From the NCBI GenBank assembly GCA_040218735.1, contig JAVJQW010000062.1, positions 1-64,000 of the forward strand: a stretch of DNA of 64,000 nucleotides, written 5' to 3'. Positions 54,964 to 64,000 of this stretch are shown piece by piece. The translations under genes and the position numbers were made by a program. The DNA is from Deltaproteobacteria bacterium. Lineage in GTDB: Bacteria > Myxococcota > Kuafuiibacteriia > Kuafuiibacteriales > Kuafuiibacteriaceae. The first letter of the stretch is position 1. The number at the start of each line of letters is the position of its first letter. Under the pieces are notes generated by a model. The model was not told where the DNA came from. It searched no databases and worked only from the letters and a program-made list of their open reading frames with translations.

Positions 54964-57956
54964 GGCGGCGGCGCGGCGTCGACGTCCTGGGTCGCGGCGT
55001 CGAAGCGCTCGAAGTACTCCAACCCGTCGCGGTACTGCCCGTCGTAGTACGTGATGCGCCCGGCGTAGTAGAGCACCGACGGGTTCGCGGCGACGAAGGT
55101 GTCGTCGTTGACGACCTTCTCGATGAGGTAGGTCGCGTCGATGAAGCGGTCGCGGCGGTAGCAGAGGAACGCGTATAGGAAGCGATGCGCGAGGCTCTTG
55201 TCCTCGACGCCGTCCTCCGACTCCAGGATCGCGAGCGCGTCGCGGTCGTTGCCGCGCATCATCGTGTACGCCGCGAGCACGTAGTTTTCGTCGTCCTTCG
55301 TGGTGGCGTCGGCGACCACCACGGCCTGGCTGTCCGCTTCGTCGACGTAGCCGATCATTCGGCGGAGGAACGTCACGTCCGCGCCCTCCAGGCGCGCCTC
55401 CTCCGCGAAGCGCTTCGCGTCCTTCAAGCGCCCCTGCCCCAACAACGCGCGCGCCGCTTCGGCGTAGAACCGCGGGTCGGCGTCGAACCCCACGAAGTAC
55501 CGCCCCATCTGATCCAGCCGCGCGCCCTCCATCTGCACGATGAACGGCAGGTCCGGGTCCGACGACGCAAACGTCAACAAGTCGCGCGGCGCCGCGTACT
55601 CGATCAGGGAGTTGTCGTCCGTGTTGAGCGGACCGGGTCCGACGAGGCGCGGGATGTCTTCGCCACCCACGAGGAACAGCCCGATCATGTCCTCGGGCCG
55701 CCGCACCTCCGCGCGCTCCAGCTCCTTGCGCAGCGCGGGGTCGTCGAGCATCGCGGAGAGCCGCTTGCGGTCGAGCTTCAGCGGGTGGCGTGCCCCGACG
55801 AGGAACGTGTCGTTGCTCCGCGGGTCCGGCGTGAACATCACGACGTACTCGAACGACGCGTGGAACGTTCGGATCAGCGCGTGGATGTTGTCGGGGCCGA
55901 GCTCGTAGAGCTGGAGCCACTGCAGGAAGACGCCGTCCTTCGCGAGGCGGGACTTCGCGATCGCGAAGAAGTCCTGCGTGAACAAGCTCGCGGCGCCCGT
56001 CATCCACGGGTTCGACGGCTCGCTGATGATCACGTCGAAGCGCCGCTCCGGGTTGCGGAGCAGGAAGTTCCGGCCGTCGTCGACGACGAGCGACGCGCGC
56101 GGGTCGTCGAAGGGGCGGTGGTTCACGTGCGCGAAGTGAGTGTTCGACGCCTCGTAAACCGCCGACTCGATCTCCGCGACCGTCACCTTGTCGACCGGCG
56201 CCTGCAGCACCGCCCCCGGCGTCACGCCGGAACCGTACCCGATCACGAGGACGTCCTTCGGGTCGGGGTGCAACATCACCGGCAGCAGCCCCGAGAGGAT
56301 CTGCGTGGGCATGTCGCCGATGTCGCTCGCGTCGACCTTGCCGTTGACCTTCAGCGAGACGCCGACGCCGTCGTCCTGGCGCTCGACGGTGACGGACGTC
56401 GCGACGCCGTCCTCGTGAAAGACGACCTGTCCGTGCGGCGACCAGCCGTCGCGATAGACGTTCGTCGCGAGGTACATGCGGAACAGCCCCGCCGTCCACG
56501 AACGCACGTCCCACCGCGGCCCGAACGCGATCAGGGCCGCGCCGAGCGCCGCGACGACGGCGACGCGTTTCAGGGTCTTCGGGCGCTCCATCGCGAGCGC
56601 GACGCCGAGCACGATGCTCGTCGCGGCCGCCACGTGGATGCCGCGCTCCACGCCGAGAACCGGCAGCATCACGAACCCGCCGAGGAAGCTGCCGACGATC
56701 GAGCCCAGCGTGTTCAGCGCGTACGCCTTCCCGACGATCGGTCCGGCGTGATCGACGCCGGTCGGGGCGATGATTCGCACCACGAGCGGCATCACCGCGC
56801 CGAGCGCGATCGTCGCCGGTAACATCACGGCCGCAGCGATGAGGAAGTTCGTGAAGTAGATCTGCGTCATCGTGACGCCAGCGGAGCGCGCGACCGCGTG
56901 GAGCCACAGCGGTAAACGATCCGCGAAGGCGGTGGTCAGGATCGCGGTGATGCCCACGATGACCTCCACGGCCGCGAGCCACGACACAGGATCACGCAGG
57001 CGATCGATGCGCCTCGTCATCCAGGCGGCGCCGACCGCCAACCCGACGAGGAAGGTCGTGAGGATCAGCGTGAACGAATAGGTGCTCGCGCCGATCACTA
57101 CGCCCACCAGACGCGAGCACAGCACTTCGAGCGCCATCGCCGCCGCGCCCGACACGCCGAACCCGAGGAGCGCGAGCTTGCGTTCGCGCGACGACACCTC
57201 GATGACCGGCGCTTCGATGATCTCGTGCAGCACGTCGTCCGGGCGGTCGCGCTTCAGCCGCAGTAGGAGCGCCTCGCCGCCGATGGAGCCGAGCGCGACG
57301 ACCGCGACCGCGACGAACAGATCGATCGCCGCGGCCAGGTACACCGTGGTCGTGATGCCGAGCGCAGGGATGAGGACGAACCCCGCACCGAAGGCCCCCG
57401 CCACGGCGCCGAAGGTGTTGGCGGCGTAGAGGCGCCCGACGTCCGAGGCGATCTGCTCAGAGCGCTTCACGACCCCCTCCGCGAGGATCGGGAGGGTCGC
57501 CCCCATCGCCGTGGTGGGGATGATCAGGATGAGCGCGACGAAGCCGAAGCGCGCGACGGCGTACGCCCAGAACCCCGAGTCGGCGGACGTCACGGAGGCG
57601 AGGAGCGCCGGCATGAACCCGAGCAGCGTCGGCACCAACAGGCCGTAGAGCCCCACCGACGTCTCCAGAACCGCGAACGCCAACAGGGGACGCCGAAGCC
57701 GCGGCGCGTAACGGCCGCCGAGGTGGCTCCCCAGCGCGAGGCCGCCCATGAACACAGTGAGCGTCGTGGAGATCGCAAGCGCGGTTGCACCAAAGACGTG
57801 CCCGAGCATGCGGGTCCAGAGCACCTGCAGGATTAGCGCAGCCGCGCCCGAGAGGAAGAAGCAGATCGCGACCGGCACGCCCGGCGGCGAGCTTGGCACG
57901 GATGGCGGTTCGCGTCTCGTGCCTCCGGTTGACGTCGGTTCGCCCGTTATGAGCAC
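54960..57956 (-). CDS. Fused MFS-like membrane domain / spermidine-synthase-like methyltransferase with TPR-like tail
   Basis: FFLSGAAAL..QVLWTR, MGATLP, GRLYAANTFGA duplicated; LKVNGKVDAS, VIGYGSGVT, DDGRNFL, DVIISEPSNPW; start uncertain. Confidence 0.9.
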   Translation of the reverse strand: MLITGEPTSTGGTRREPPSVPSSPPGVPVAICFFLSGAAALILQVLWTRMLGHVFGATALAISTTLTVFMGGLALGSHLGGRYAPRLRRPLLAFAVLETSVGLYGLLVPTLLGFMPALLASVTSADSGFWAYAVARFGFVALILIIPTTAMGATLPILAEGVVKRSEQIASDVGRLYAANTFGAVAGAFGAGFVLIPALGITTTVYLAAAIDLFVAVAVVALGSIGGEALLLRLKRDRPDDVLHEIIEAPVIEVSSRERKLALLGFGVSGAAAMALEVLCSRLVGVVIGASTYSFTLILTTFLVGLAVGAAWMTRRIDRLRDPVSWLAAVEVIVGITAILTTAFADRLPLWLHAVARSAGVTMTQIYFTNFLIAAAVMLPATIALGAVMPLVVRIIAPTGVDHAGPIVGKAYALNTLGSIVGSFLGGFVMLPVLGVERGIHVAAATSIVLGVALAMERPKTLKRVAVVAALGAALIAFGPRWDVRSWTAGLFRMYLATNVYRDGWSPHGQVVFHEDGVATSVTVERQDDGVGVSLKVNGKVDASDIGDMPTQILSGLLPVMLHPDPKDVLVIGYGSGVTPGAVLQAPVDKVTVAEIESAVYEASNTHFAHVNHRPFDDPRASLVVDDGRNFLLRNPERRFDVIISEPSNPWMTGAASLFTQDFFAIAKSRLAKDGVFLQWLQLYELGPDNIHALIRTFHASFEYVVMFTPDPRSNDTFLVGARHPLKLDRKRLSAMLDDPALRKELERAEVRRPEDMIGLFLVGGEDIPRLVGPGPLNTDDNSLIEYAAPRDLLTFASSDPDLPFIVQMEGARLDQMGRYFVGFDADPRFYAEAARALLGQGRLKDAKRFAEEARLEGADVTFLRRMIGYVDEADSQAVVVADATTKDDENYVLAAYTMMRGNDRDALAILESEDGVEDKSLAHRFLYAFLCYRRDRFIDATYLIEKVVNDDTFVAANPSVLYYAGRITYYDGQYRDGLEYFERFDAATQDVDAAPPP

Positions 57957-57964
57957 GTCGCCGC

Positions 57965-59092
57965 GTGCGTTTCGGGGTCTACGTCGCGACCTTCGCCGCC
58001 CTCGCCGGAGGGTGTCGCGACGCGTCGAAGAAGAGCGGAGGCCAACGGCCAGCGGCCGTCTCGGTCACCGCGATCGAACGCGGGAGCATCGCGCTGTCGC
58101 GCACCCTCAGCGGGACGCTGCAGGCCCCGGACGCAATCGTCGTCGCGGCCCAGACCGAAGGGCTCGTCGTCGAGGTCACCGCCGACCTCGGTGACACGAT
58201 CGAATCGGGCCGCGTGCTCGTGCGCCTCGACGACCGTCCGCAGCGCCAGCTCGTCTCCCAGGCGACGGCGGAGCGCGCCGTGGCGGAGGCCAACCACGCC
58301 GAAGCGCAGCGCGCGCTCGCGCTCGCCAAGCGGGATCTTCAGCGCGTCGAGAAGCTCGCGCAGCGCGGGGTCAGCTCCGAGGCCCAGCTGGACGCAGCGC
58401 GCGCGAACGACAACGCGAAGTCGGCGCAGGTCGAGGTCACGGCGGCGCACGTGAAGCGCGCGACGGCGGCGCTCGAGGCGGCGCGGATCGCGCTGAGCCA
58501 GACGAAGATCGCAGCGACGTGGTCCGGCGACGCGAAGCGTGTCGTGGCGGAGCGGTTCGTCGACGTCGGCGCGTTGGTCTCGGCGAACAGTCGCCTGATG
58601 TCCGTGGTGCAGCTCGACCCGATCGAAGCGGTCGTCTTCGTCGCGGAGAAGGACTACGCGCGGCTCCGCGTCGGACTCCGCGCGCAGCTCGTCGTCGACG
58701 CGTTCCCGCAGGAGAAGTTCGAAGCACGGGTCGCGCGCATCGCGCCGGTGTTCTCGGAGTCTTCGAGGCAGGCGCGCGTCGAGCTGTCGGTGGACAACGC
58801 CGAGGGGCGCCTCAAGCCGGGTATGTTCGTGCGCGCGACGATCGGGCTGGCGGAGGTCGACGACACCCTCCTCGTCCCCGTCGAGGCGATCACCACCCGC
58901 GATACGAAGACCGGCGTGTTCCTCCTGACCGACGACGACACCGTCGCGTGGCGACCGGTGAAGATCGGAATCGGCGACGGGCGTCGCGTTCAGCTCCTCG
59001 ACGGCCCGGACCGCGGGCGAGTCGTGACGCTCGGGCACCAACTCCTCGACGACGGATCGAAGGTCACGATCCCCGACGGCGCCGCCCCGTGA
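57965..59092 (+). CDS. RND efflux periplasmic adaptor (MFP)
   Basis: Lipobox [21 protein letters not shown], alpha-hairpin, LKPGMFVRA. Confidence 0.92.
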   Translation: MRFGVYVATFAALAGGCRDASKKSGGQRPAAVSVTAIERGSIALSRTLSGTLQAPDAIVVAAQTEGLVVEVTADLGDTIESGRVLVRLDDRPQRQLVSQATAERAVAEANHAEAQRALALAKRDLQRVEKLAQRGVSSEAQLDAARANDNAKSAQVEVTAAHVKRATAALEAARIALSQTKIAATWSGDAKRVVAERFVDVGALVSANSRLMSVVQLDPIEAVVFVAEKDYARLRVGLRAQLVVDAFPQEKFEARVARIAPVFSESSRQARVELSVDNAEGRLKPGMFVRATIGLAEVDDTLLVPVEAITTRDTKTGVFLLTDDDTVAWRPVKIGIGDGRRVQLLDGPDRGRVVTLGHQLLDDGSKVTIPDGAAP

Positions 59093-62000
59093 ACCTGCCT
59101 GGCTTCTCCGTTCGGCGTCCGGTGCTGACGTCGATGGTCACGTCGATCGTCGCGCTCCTCGGCTTCGTCGCGGTTCAGCGCCTGCAGATCGATCTGCTCC
59201 CGAACATCGAGCTGCCGACCGTCTCCGTGCGCACCGAGTACGCCGGCGCGAGCCCCGAGGTGATGGAGCGGCTCGTCACGCAGATCGTCGAGGAGATCGT
59301 CGCGACGGTGCCGGGCGTGGTGGAGCTGAGGTCGCAATCGGCGCAGGGCAACAGCGAGGTCCAGGTGACGTTCGGCTGGGGCACGGACGTCAACGCCGCG
59401 GCGCTCGACCTGCAGGGCACGCTCGAAGACGAGATCAACGAGCTGCCCGAGGAGATCACGCGACCGAACGTTCGCAAGTTCGACATCGCGAGCTTCCCGG
59501 TCGTGCTGCTCGGCATCAGCAGCAAGCTCGACCCGATCGAGCTCACGGAGATCGTCGAGAACCAGCTCCGCCACCGCTTCTCCCGCATCCCCGACATCGC
59601 GCAGGTCGACCTGTGGGGCGGCTACCCGCGCGAGGTCCGCATCGAGCTCGACCCGGAGCGCGTGAAGGCGCTCGCCCTCCCCCTCGACCAGATCCTCGGC
59701 GCGATCGGCGACGCCAACCTCGACCTCCCCGCCGGCAAGCTCGAAGCCGGCCGCCTCGAGGTCACGCTGCGCGCCCCGGCCGAGTACCAGAGCGTCGAAG
59801 AGATCCGTCAGACGGTGGTCGCGACCTCCAACGGCGCGGCGGTGACGCTCGGGCAGATCGCCCGCATCCACGACACCTACGAGAAGCTCACCCGCATCGT
59901 CCGGGTGAACGGCGACCTCGGCATCCGGCTCGCGATCCGCAAGCAGGCCAACGCCAACACCGTCGAGGTGTCGCGGCGGGTGCTGGAGGTCGCGGACCAG
60001 ATCAACGCCGAGTTCCCGCAGGTGAAGATCGTCCCGGTCATCAACCAGGGCAACTTCATCGAGCGGTCGATCGAAAACGTCGCGAAGTCCGTCCTCTACG
60101 GCGGCCTCCTCGCGGTCTTCATCCTGCTGTTCTTCCTCGCGAGCCTCCGGAGCACCGGCGTCATCGGCGTGTCGATCCCGGTTTCGATCCTCGCGACGCT
60201 CGCGATGATCTACTTCGCCGGCCTCACCATCAACCTGACCACGCTCGGCGGGCTCGCGCTCGGCGTCGGCATGATGGTCGACAGCTCGATCGTCGTCCTG
60301 GAGAACGTCTTCCGGCGCCGCGACGAGGACCGCGAGACCCTCGTCGTCGCCTCCGTCACCGGCGCGCGCGAGGTCGCGGGTGCGATCGTCGCGAGCACGA
60401 TCACCACCCTCGTCGTCTTCCTCCCGCTCGCGTTCGTGCGCGGCGTGTCGGGGCTGCTGTTCTCCGAGCTCGCGTACGTCGTCGTGTTCTCGCTGGTGTG
60501 TTCGCTGGTGGTGTCGCTGACGTTGCTGCCGATGCTCGCGTCGCGCCTCCTCGCGAGTGAGACCGAGCCGCCGCCGTGGGCGCAGCGCGCGAAGCTCCTG
60601 CTGCAGCGCCTCAACGTCGCGTACCTCCGTGTCCTCGAGCGCGCGCTGACGCGACCCCGCCTCGCCATCGGGAGCGCCGTCGCGCTCCTCGCGGCGAGCC
60701 TCCTGCTCGCGCCGCTGATCGGCACCGAGTTCCTCCCGCCGAGCGACGAAGGTGAGGTCCGGATCCAAGGCGAGATGGAGGTCGGGACACGCCTGTCGCT
60801 CGTCGACCGGCAGACACAGAAGATGGAGCGCATCGTCACGCCGGCGGTGCCCGAGGCGATCGCGTCCGTCGTGAACGTCGGCGCGTCGGGGCGGCGCCCG
60901 GAGCAGGCGTCGCAGGGGCAGATCCAGCTGTCGATCGGCTCCGCCGCGGATCGGGATCGCTCGAACACCGAGATCGCGGCCGATCTCCGCAAGCGGCTCG
61001 AAGGTCAGATCCCCGGGATGCGCATCCGCGTCCGTGCGCCACAGGGTAGCTTCATCCTGGAGCGGGTGCTCGGCGGCGAGGAGGGGCTCGCGATCGAGAT
61101 CCGCGGGTTCGATCTCGAACGCCTCGACGCCCTCGGTCAGGTCGTCGCGGCGGCGGTGCGCGACGTCGACGGGATCACCGACGTCGAGGTCACCCGCGAG
61201 GCCGGCATCCCGCAGGAGGAGATCCATATCGACCGCGCGAAGGTCGCCGACCTCGGGCTCACGGTGCGCGACGTGACGCAGGCGATCCAGACCGCCGTGG
61301 CCGGCTCCGAAGCGGGGGAGTACCGCAAAGAGGGCAACTCGTACCGCATCCTCGTGCAGCTCGCGGACGTCGAGGAGCTCTCCCTCGACGAGGTGCTCGG
61401 CCTGACGCTCCGCACCGCGAACGGCGAGGCGGTCACGATCGGGAGCGTCGTCGACACCCGGGCTTCGCTCGGACCGCTCGTCATCCACCGCAAGAACCAG
61501 CAGCGCATCGTGACGGTGAACGCCAACGTCGCGGGGCGGGACCTCGGCTCCGTCGCGAGCGACGTCGAGGCGCGCCTCGCGCAGGTGCCGCGCCCGGCCG
61601 GCTACGAGGTCACGGTGTCGGGCGCGTTCGAGGAGCAGGAGAAGGCGTTCTCGGAGCTCCTGGTCTCGCTCGCGCTCGCGCTGTTGCTCGTCTACATGGT
61701 CCTCGCGTCGCAGTACGAGTCGCTGCGCGATCCGCTGATCGTGATGCTGTCGGTCCCGCTCGCGACGATCGGCGTGTTGGTCACGCTGTTCCTCACCGGC
61801 ACGACGCTCAACGTGCAGTCGTACATCGGGTGCATCATGTTGGGCGGCATCGTCGTGAACAACGCGATCCTGCTGGTGGATCAAGCGGGCGCCTTGATGC
61901 GCGACGGACGCTCGTCACGGGAGGCCGCGACGGAGGCCGGGCGTCGCCGCCTCCGCCCGATCCTGATGACCACCGCGACGACGATCCTCGGGCTGCTCCC

Positions 62001-62145
62001 CCTCGCGCTCGGCATCGGCGAAGGCGCCGACGCGCAGGCGCCGCTCGCGCGCGCGGTGATCGGTGGGCTCCTCGGGTCGACGCCCGTGACCCTCGTGCTC
62101 ATCCCCGCCGTGTTCATGCTCGTGCACCGCAAGGACGCGTCGTGA
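59089..62145 (+). CDS. RND efflux permease (AcrB/AcrD/AcrF family)
   Basis: [48 protein letters not shown]; GTGA overlap. Confidence 0.95.
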   Translation: MNLPGFSVRRPVLTSMVTSIVALLGFVAVQRLQIDLLPNIELPTVSVRTEYAGASPEVMERLVTQIVEEIVATVPGVVELRSQSAQGNSEVQVTFGWGTDVNAAALDLQGTLEDEINELPEEITRPNVRKFDIASFPVVLLGISSKLDPIELTEIVENQLRHRFSRIPDIAQVDLWGGYPREVRIELDPERVKALALPLDQILGAIGDANLDLPAGKLEAGRLEVTLRAPAEYQSVEEIRQTVVATSNGAAVTLGQIARIHDTYEKLTRIVRVNGDLGIRLAIRKQANANTVEVSRRVLEVADQINAEFPQVKIVPVINQGNFIERSIENVAKSVLYGGLLAVFILLFFLASLRSTGVIGVSIPVSILATLAMIYFAGLTINLTTLGGLALGVGMMVDSSIVVLENVFRRRDEDRETLVVASVTGAREVAGAIVASTITTLVVFLPLAFVRGVSGLLFSELAYVVVFSLVCSLVVSLTLLPMLASRLLASETEPPPWAQRAKLLLQRLNVAYLRVLERALTRPRLAIGSAVALLAASLLLAPLIGTEFLPPSDEGEVRIQGEMEVGTRLSLVDRQTQKMERIVTPAVPEAIASVVNVGASGRRPEQASQGQIQLSIGSAADRDRSNTEIAADLRKRLEGQIPGMRIRVRAPQGSFILERVLGGEEGLAIEIRGFDLERLDALGQVVAAAVRDVDGITDVEVTREAGIPQEEIHIDRAKVADLGLTVRDVTQAIQTAVAGSEAGEYRKEGNSYRILVQLADVEELSLDEVLGLTLRTANGEAVTIGSVVDTRASLGPLVIHRKNQQRIVTVNANVAGRDLGSVASDVEARLAQVPRPAGYEVTVSGAFEEQEKAFSELLVSLALALLLVYMVLASQYESLRDPLIVMLSVPLATIGVLVTLFLTGTTLNVQSYIGCIMLGGIVVNNAILLVDQAGALMRDGRSSREAATEAGRRRLRPILMTTATTILGLLPLALGIGEGADAQAPLARAVIGGLLGSTPVTLVLIPAVFMLVHRKDAS

Positions 62146-63668
62146 GGTCCCTCGCCCTCTGCGCCGTCGCGCTGTGCGCGTGCGCGACGTCGACCCCCGA
62201 GCCCTACCCGCTCACGAAGGTCGAGCCCGTGGTCCTCGCGCCGCCGCCCACGCGGACGACGACGGTGAGCGGGACGGTCGCGATGTCGATCGAAGACGCG
62301 ATCTACGAAGCGCTCGCGAACAACCGTGACCTTCGCATCCAGCGCTTCGGTCCGGTCCTCGCAGGGACGTTCGAGCAGATCGAGCGCGGGGTGTTCGACC
62401 CCGAGGTCTTCGCCGAGCTCCGGCTGCAACGCGAACGCGCCTCGCAGGTCGCGCGCGCGACGGGCGAACGGTTCGACGTCACGGGCACGAACGCCGACAC
62501 GGTGCTCGGGGTTCGGCAGCGCCTCCCGACCGGGACGACGCTGGAGGCGACGGCGTCCCACGGCTACGACGACTCGGACCGCACCCCTCGCCAGCAGGCG
62601 GTGCGGCTCGGCCTCAGCGTCACGCAGTCGCTGCTGCGGGGCTTCGGCCCGGCGGTGAACCTCGCCCGGCTCGACCAGGCGCGACTGGACTTCGACGCGA
62701 GCGTGCACGAGCTCGAAGGCTACGCACAGGCGGTGATCGCGGCGGCGGAGATCGCGTACTGGCGGTTCGTGATGCGCACCGCGGAGATCGCGATTCACAC
62801 GCGCTCGCTGGAGGTCGCCGAGAGTCAGGAGAACGAGGTCGCGCAGCGCATCGATGTCGGCCTCCTTCCGCCGCTCGAAGCGGCCGCCGCGCAGGCGGAG
62901 GTCGCGCGCCGCAAGCAGGCGGTGATCGACGCCAAGAGCCTCCGTCGCGCGGCCGAGCTCCAGCTCGCCCGGATGATCCTCCCCGATGTCGAGAACGCGG
63001 TCAGCATCGACGCGACGAGCGCGCCTCGAACGACCACCCCGGCGTTGTCAGAAGCCGAAGCGCACGTCGCGCTCGCGCTGAAGACCCGGCCGGAGATCGA
63101 GGAGGCCCAGACACGCCTCGAGCAGCGGCGGCTCGACACCGTCGTCACCGAGAACGGCATCCTCCCGCGCCTCGACTTCTTCGTCGCGCTGGGGAAGACC
63201 GGCTTCGACAGCTCCGCGCGCGGCAGCATCGCGGCGCTCACGAGTGAGACCTACGACGTCGTCGCGGGGCTGCAGCTCTCCGACGTGCTGGGGCATCGCG
63301 CGACGAACGCGATCGACCGCGCGGCGCGCGTGGATCGACGCCGCAGCGAAGAGGCGGTCGCCAACCTACGGCAGGCGGTGTCACTCGAGGTGCGCCTCGC
63401 GCTGAACGAGGTCGAGCGTGCGCGCGCGCAGATCGACGCGACGGCCGCGACGCGTTCGCTTCAAGAGAAGGCGGTCGCCGCCGAGAAGGAGCGCTTCGAC
63501 GTCGGCGACTCGACCGCCCTCCTCGTTGCGTCCGCGCAGCGCGACTTGTTGATGAGCGAGATCGACGAGGTGCGCGCCGTCGTCGACTACCGCATCGCGC
63601 TGGTGAACCTCTACCGCTCCGAAGGCACGCTGCTGGCGCGACGCGGCATCACGCTCTCGGCGCCGTGA
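62142..63668 (+). CDS. TolC-family outer-membrane efflux lipoprotein
   Basis: Lipobox [44 protein letters not shown]; GTGA overlap. Confidence 0.92.
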   Translation: MRSLALCAVALCACATSTPEPYPLTKVEPVVLAPPPTRTTTVSGTVAMSIEDAIYEALANNRDLRIQRFGPVLAGTFEQIERGVFDPEVFAELRLQRERASQVARATGERFDVTGTNADTVLGVRQRLPTGTTLEATASHGYDDSDRTPRQQAVRLGLSVTQSLLRGFGPAVNLARLDQARLDFDASVHELEGYAQAVIAAAEIAYWRFVMRTAEIAIHTRSLEVAESQENEVAQRIDVGLLPPLEAAAAQAEVARRKQAVIDAKSLRRAAELQLARMILPDVENAVSIDATSAPRTTTPALSEAEAHVALALKTRPEIEEAQTRLEQRRLDTVVTENGILPRLDFFVALGKTGFDSSARGSIAALTSETYDVVAGLQLSDVLGHRATNAIDRAARVDRRRSEEAVANLRQAVSLEVRLALNEVERARAQIDATAATRSLQEKAVAAEKERFDVGDSTALLVASAQRDLLMSEIDEVRAVVDYRIALVNLYRSEGTLLARRGITLSAP

Positions 63669-63710
63669 GTTTGTTGGCAGCGATTCGCGCACCGCTCTGT
63701 CCAAGGCAGC

Positions 63711-64000
63711 GTGAGACTCGAGACTGCGGTCCTGGCCGCACTGATCACCCTGGGGTGTGAAACCGCCCCCGAAACCCTCGCGACGTCGCGCGACGAGATC
63801 AACGCGTGCCCCGAGACGCCGGAGCGCCAGCTGTTGTGGGGCGACCTCCACGTCCACACGAGCTGGTCGTTCGACGCGAACATCGCCGGCACGACCGCCG
63901 ATCCGAGCGACGCGTATGCGTTCGCGAAGGCCTCGACACCGTCGAGATCGCCACCGAAACGGGTCCGCGGATCCCGATGCACATCGGCCCGCCGCTGCAG
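63711..64000 (+). CDS. DUF3604-like (PHP-fold) lipoprotein, 5' fragment with apparent frameshift near 63930
   Basis: Manual translation: lipobox [22 protein letters not shown]...DAYAFAK. It runs off the window and is not in the ORF track. Confidence 0.75.
   Translation, partial: MRLETAVLAALITLGCETAPETLATSRDEINACPETPERQLLWGDLHVHTSWSFDANIAGTTADPSDAYAFAKASTPSRSPPKRVRGSRCTSARRC

Noticed and set aside
53485-56982. 1165-aa ORF ending in a LysR domain, as a possible fusion
   Set aside because: Only the last ~300 codons are LysR. The rest overlaps the GNAT gene (antisense) and the MFS/spermidine-synthase gene (other frame).
54960-57956. Bona fide spermidine synthase speE
   Set aside because: It is a membrane-fused family member with DVIISEPSNPW instead of the canonical D..D motif, so activity cannot be assigned. 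The family is widespread and not novel.
57965-63668. RND-MFP-TolC operon as a novel system
   Set aside because: It is an ordinary tripartite efflux architecture; the substrate cannot be inferred.
1-64000. tRNA/rRNA genes, IS elements, integrases, prophage, known defence systems
   Set aside because: No recognisable motifs by eye and intergenic spaces are short. A covariance-model search (Infernal/Rfam) would be needed to exclude small ncRNAs, for example in 16737-17012.

Overview
Very GC-rich (about 70% by eye), gene-dense chromosomal window from a Myxococcota-type bacterium. The taxonomy is inferred from a FrzS-like gene, a myxosortase-like CPBP protease and many Cys-rich lipoproteins. I saw no rRNA, tRNA, CRISPR array, transposase or phage gene. 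Left to right: (1) a Ser/Thr pseudokinase with a huge Ser/Ala/Asp/Glu tail that runs off the left edge and is missing from the ORF track; (2) a partial complex I cluster nuoABCD-HI with no nuoEFG or nuoJKLMN here, whose NuoI carries an extra RnfB-type Fe-S domain and whose NuoH has a large insertion; (3) coaX, EF-G2, a conserved hypothetical gene and an ECF sigma/anti-sigma/frzS block; (4) a CAP protein, a myxosortase-like protease coupled to a catalytically dead trypsin-like protein, and DUF3108; (5) an ~11 kb co-directional locus: surface lipase, FadL, a lipase paralog lacking all three triad residues, a Cys-rich lipoprotein and a giant Ig/Gly-rich lipoprotein, with a divergent PAP2 phosphatase; (6) a DsbD-TlpA fusion, an AI-2E transporter and several Cys-rich surface lipoproteins; (7) an intact Ser/Thr kinase, FecR/FlgT_N/LPP20 genes, a J-domain protein, LysR/GNAT/SnoaL, a fused MFS-spermidine-synthase-like gene, an RND tripartite pump and the 5' end of a DUF3604 gene. 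The best candidates for undescribed systems are the lipase/FadL/pseudolipase/adhesin locus and the complex I variant with the NuoI-FeS fusion. All family assignments come from motif recognition by eye; no database searches were run.
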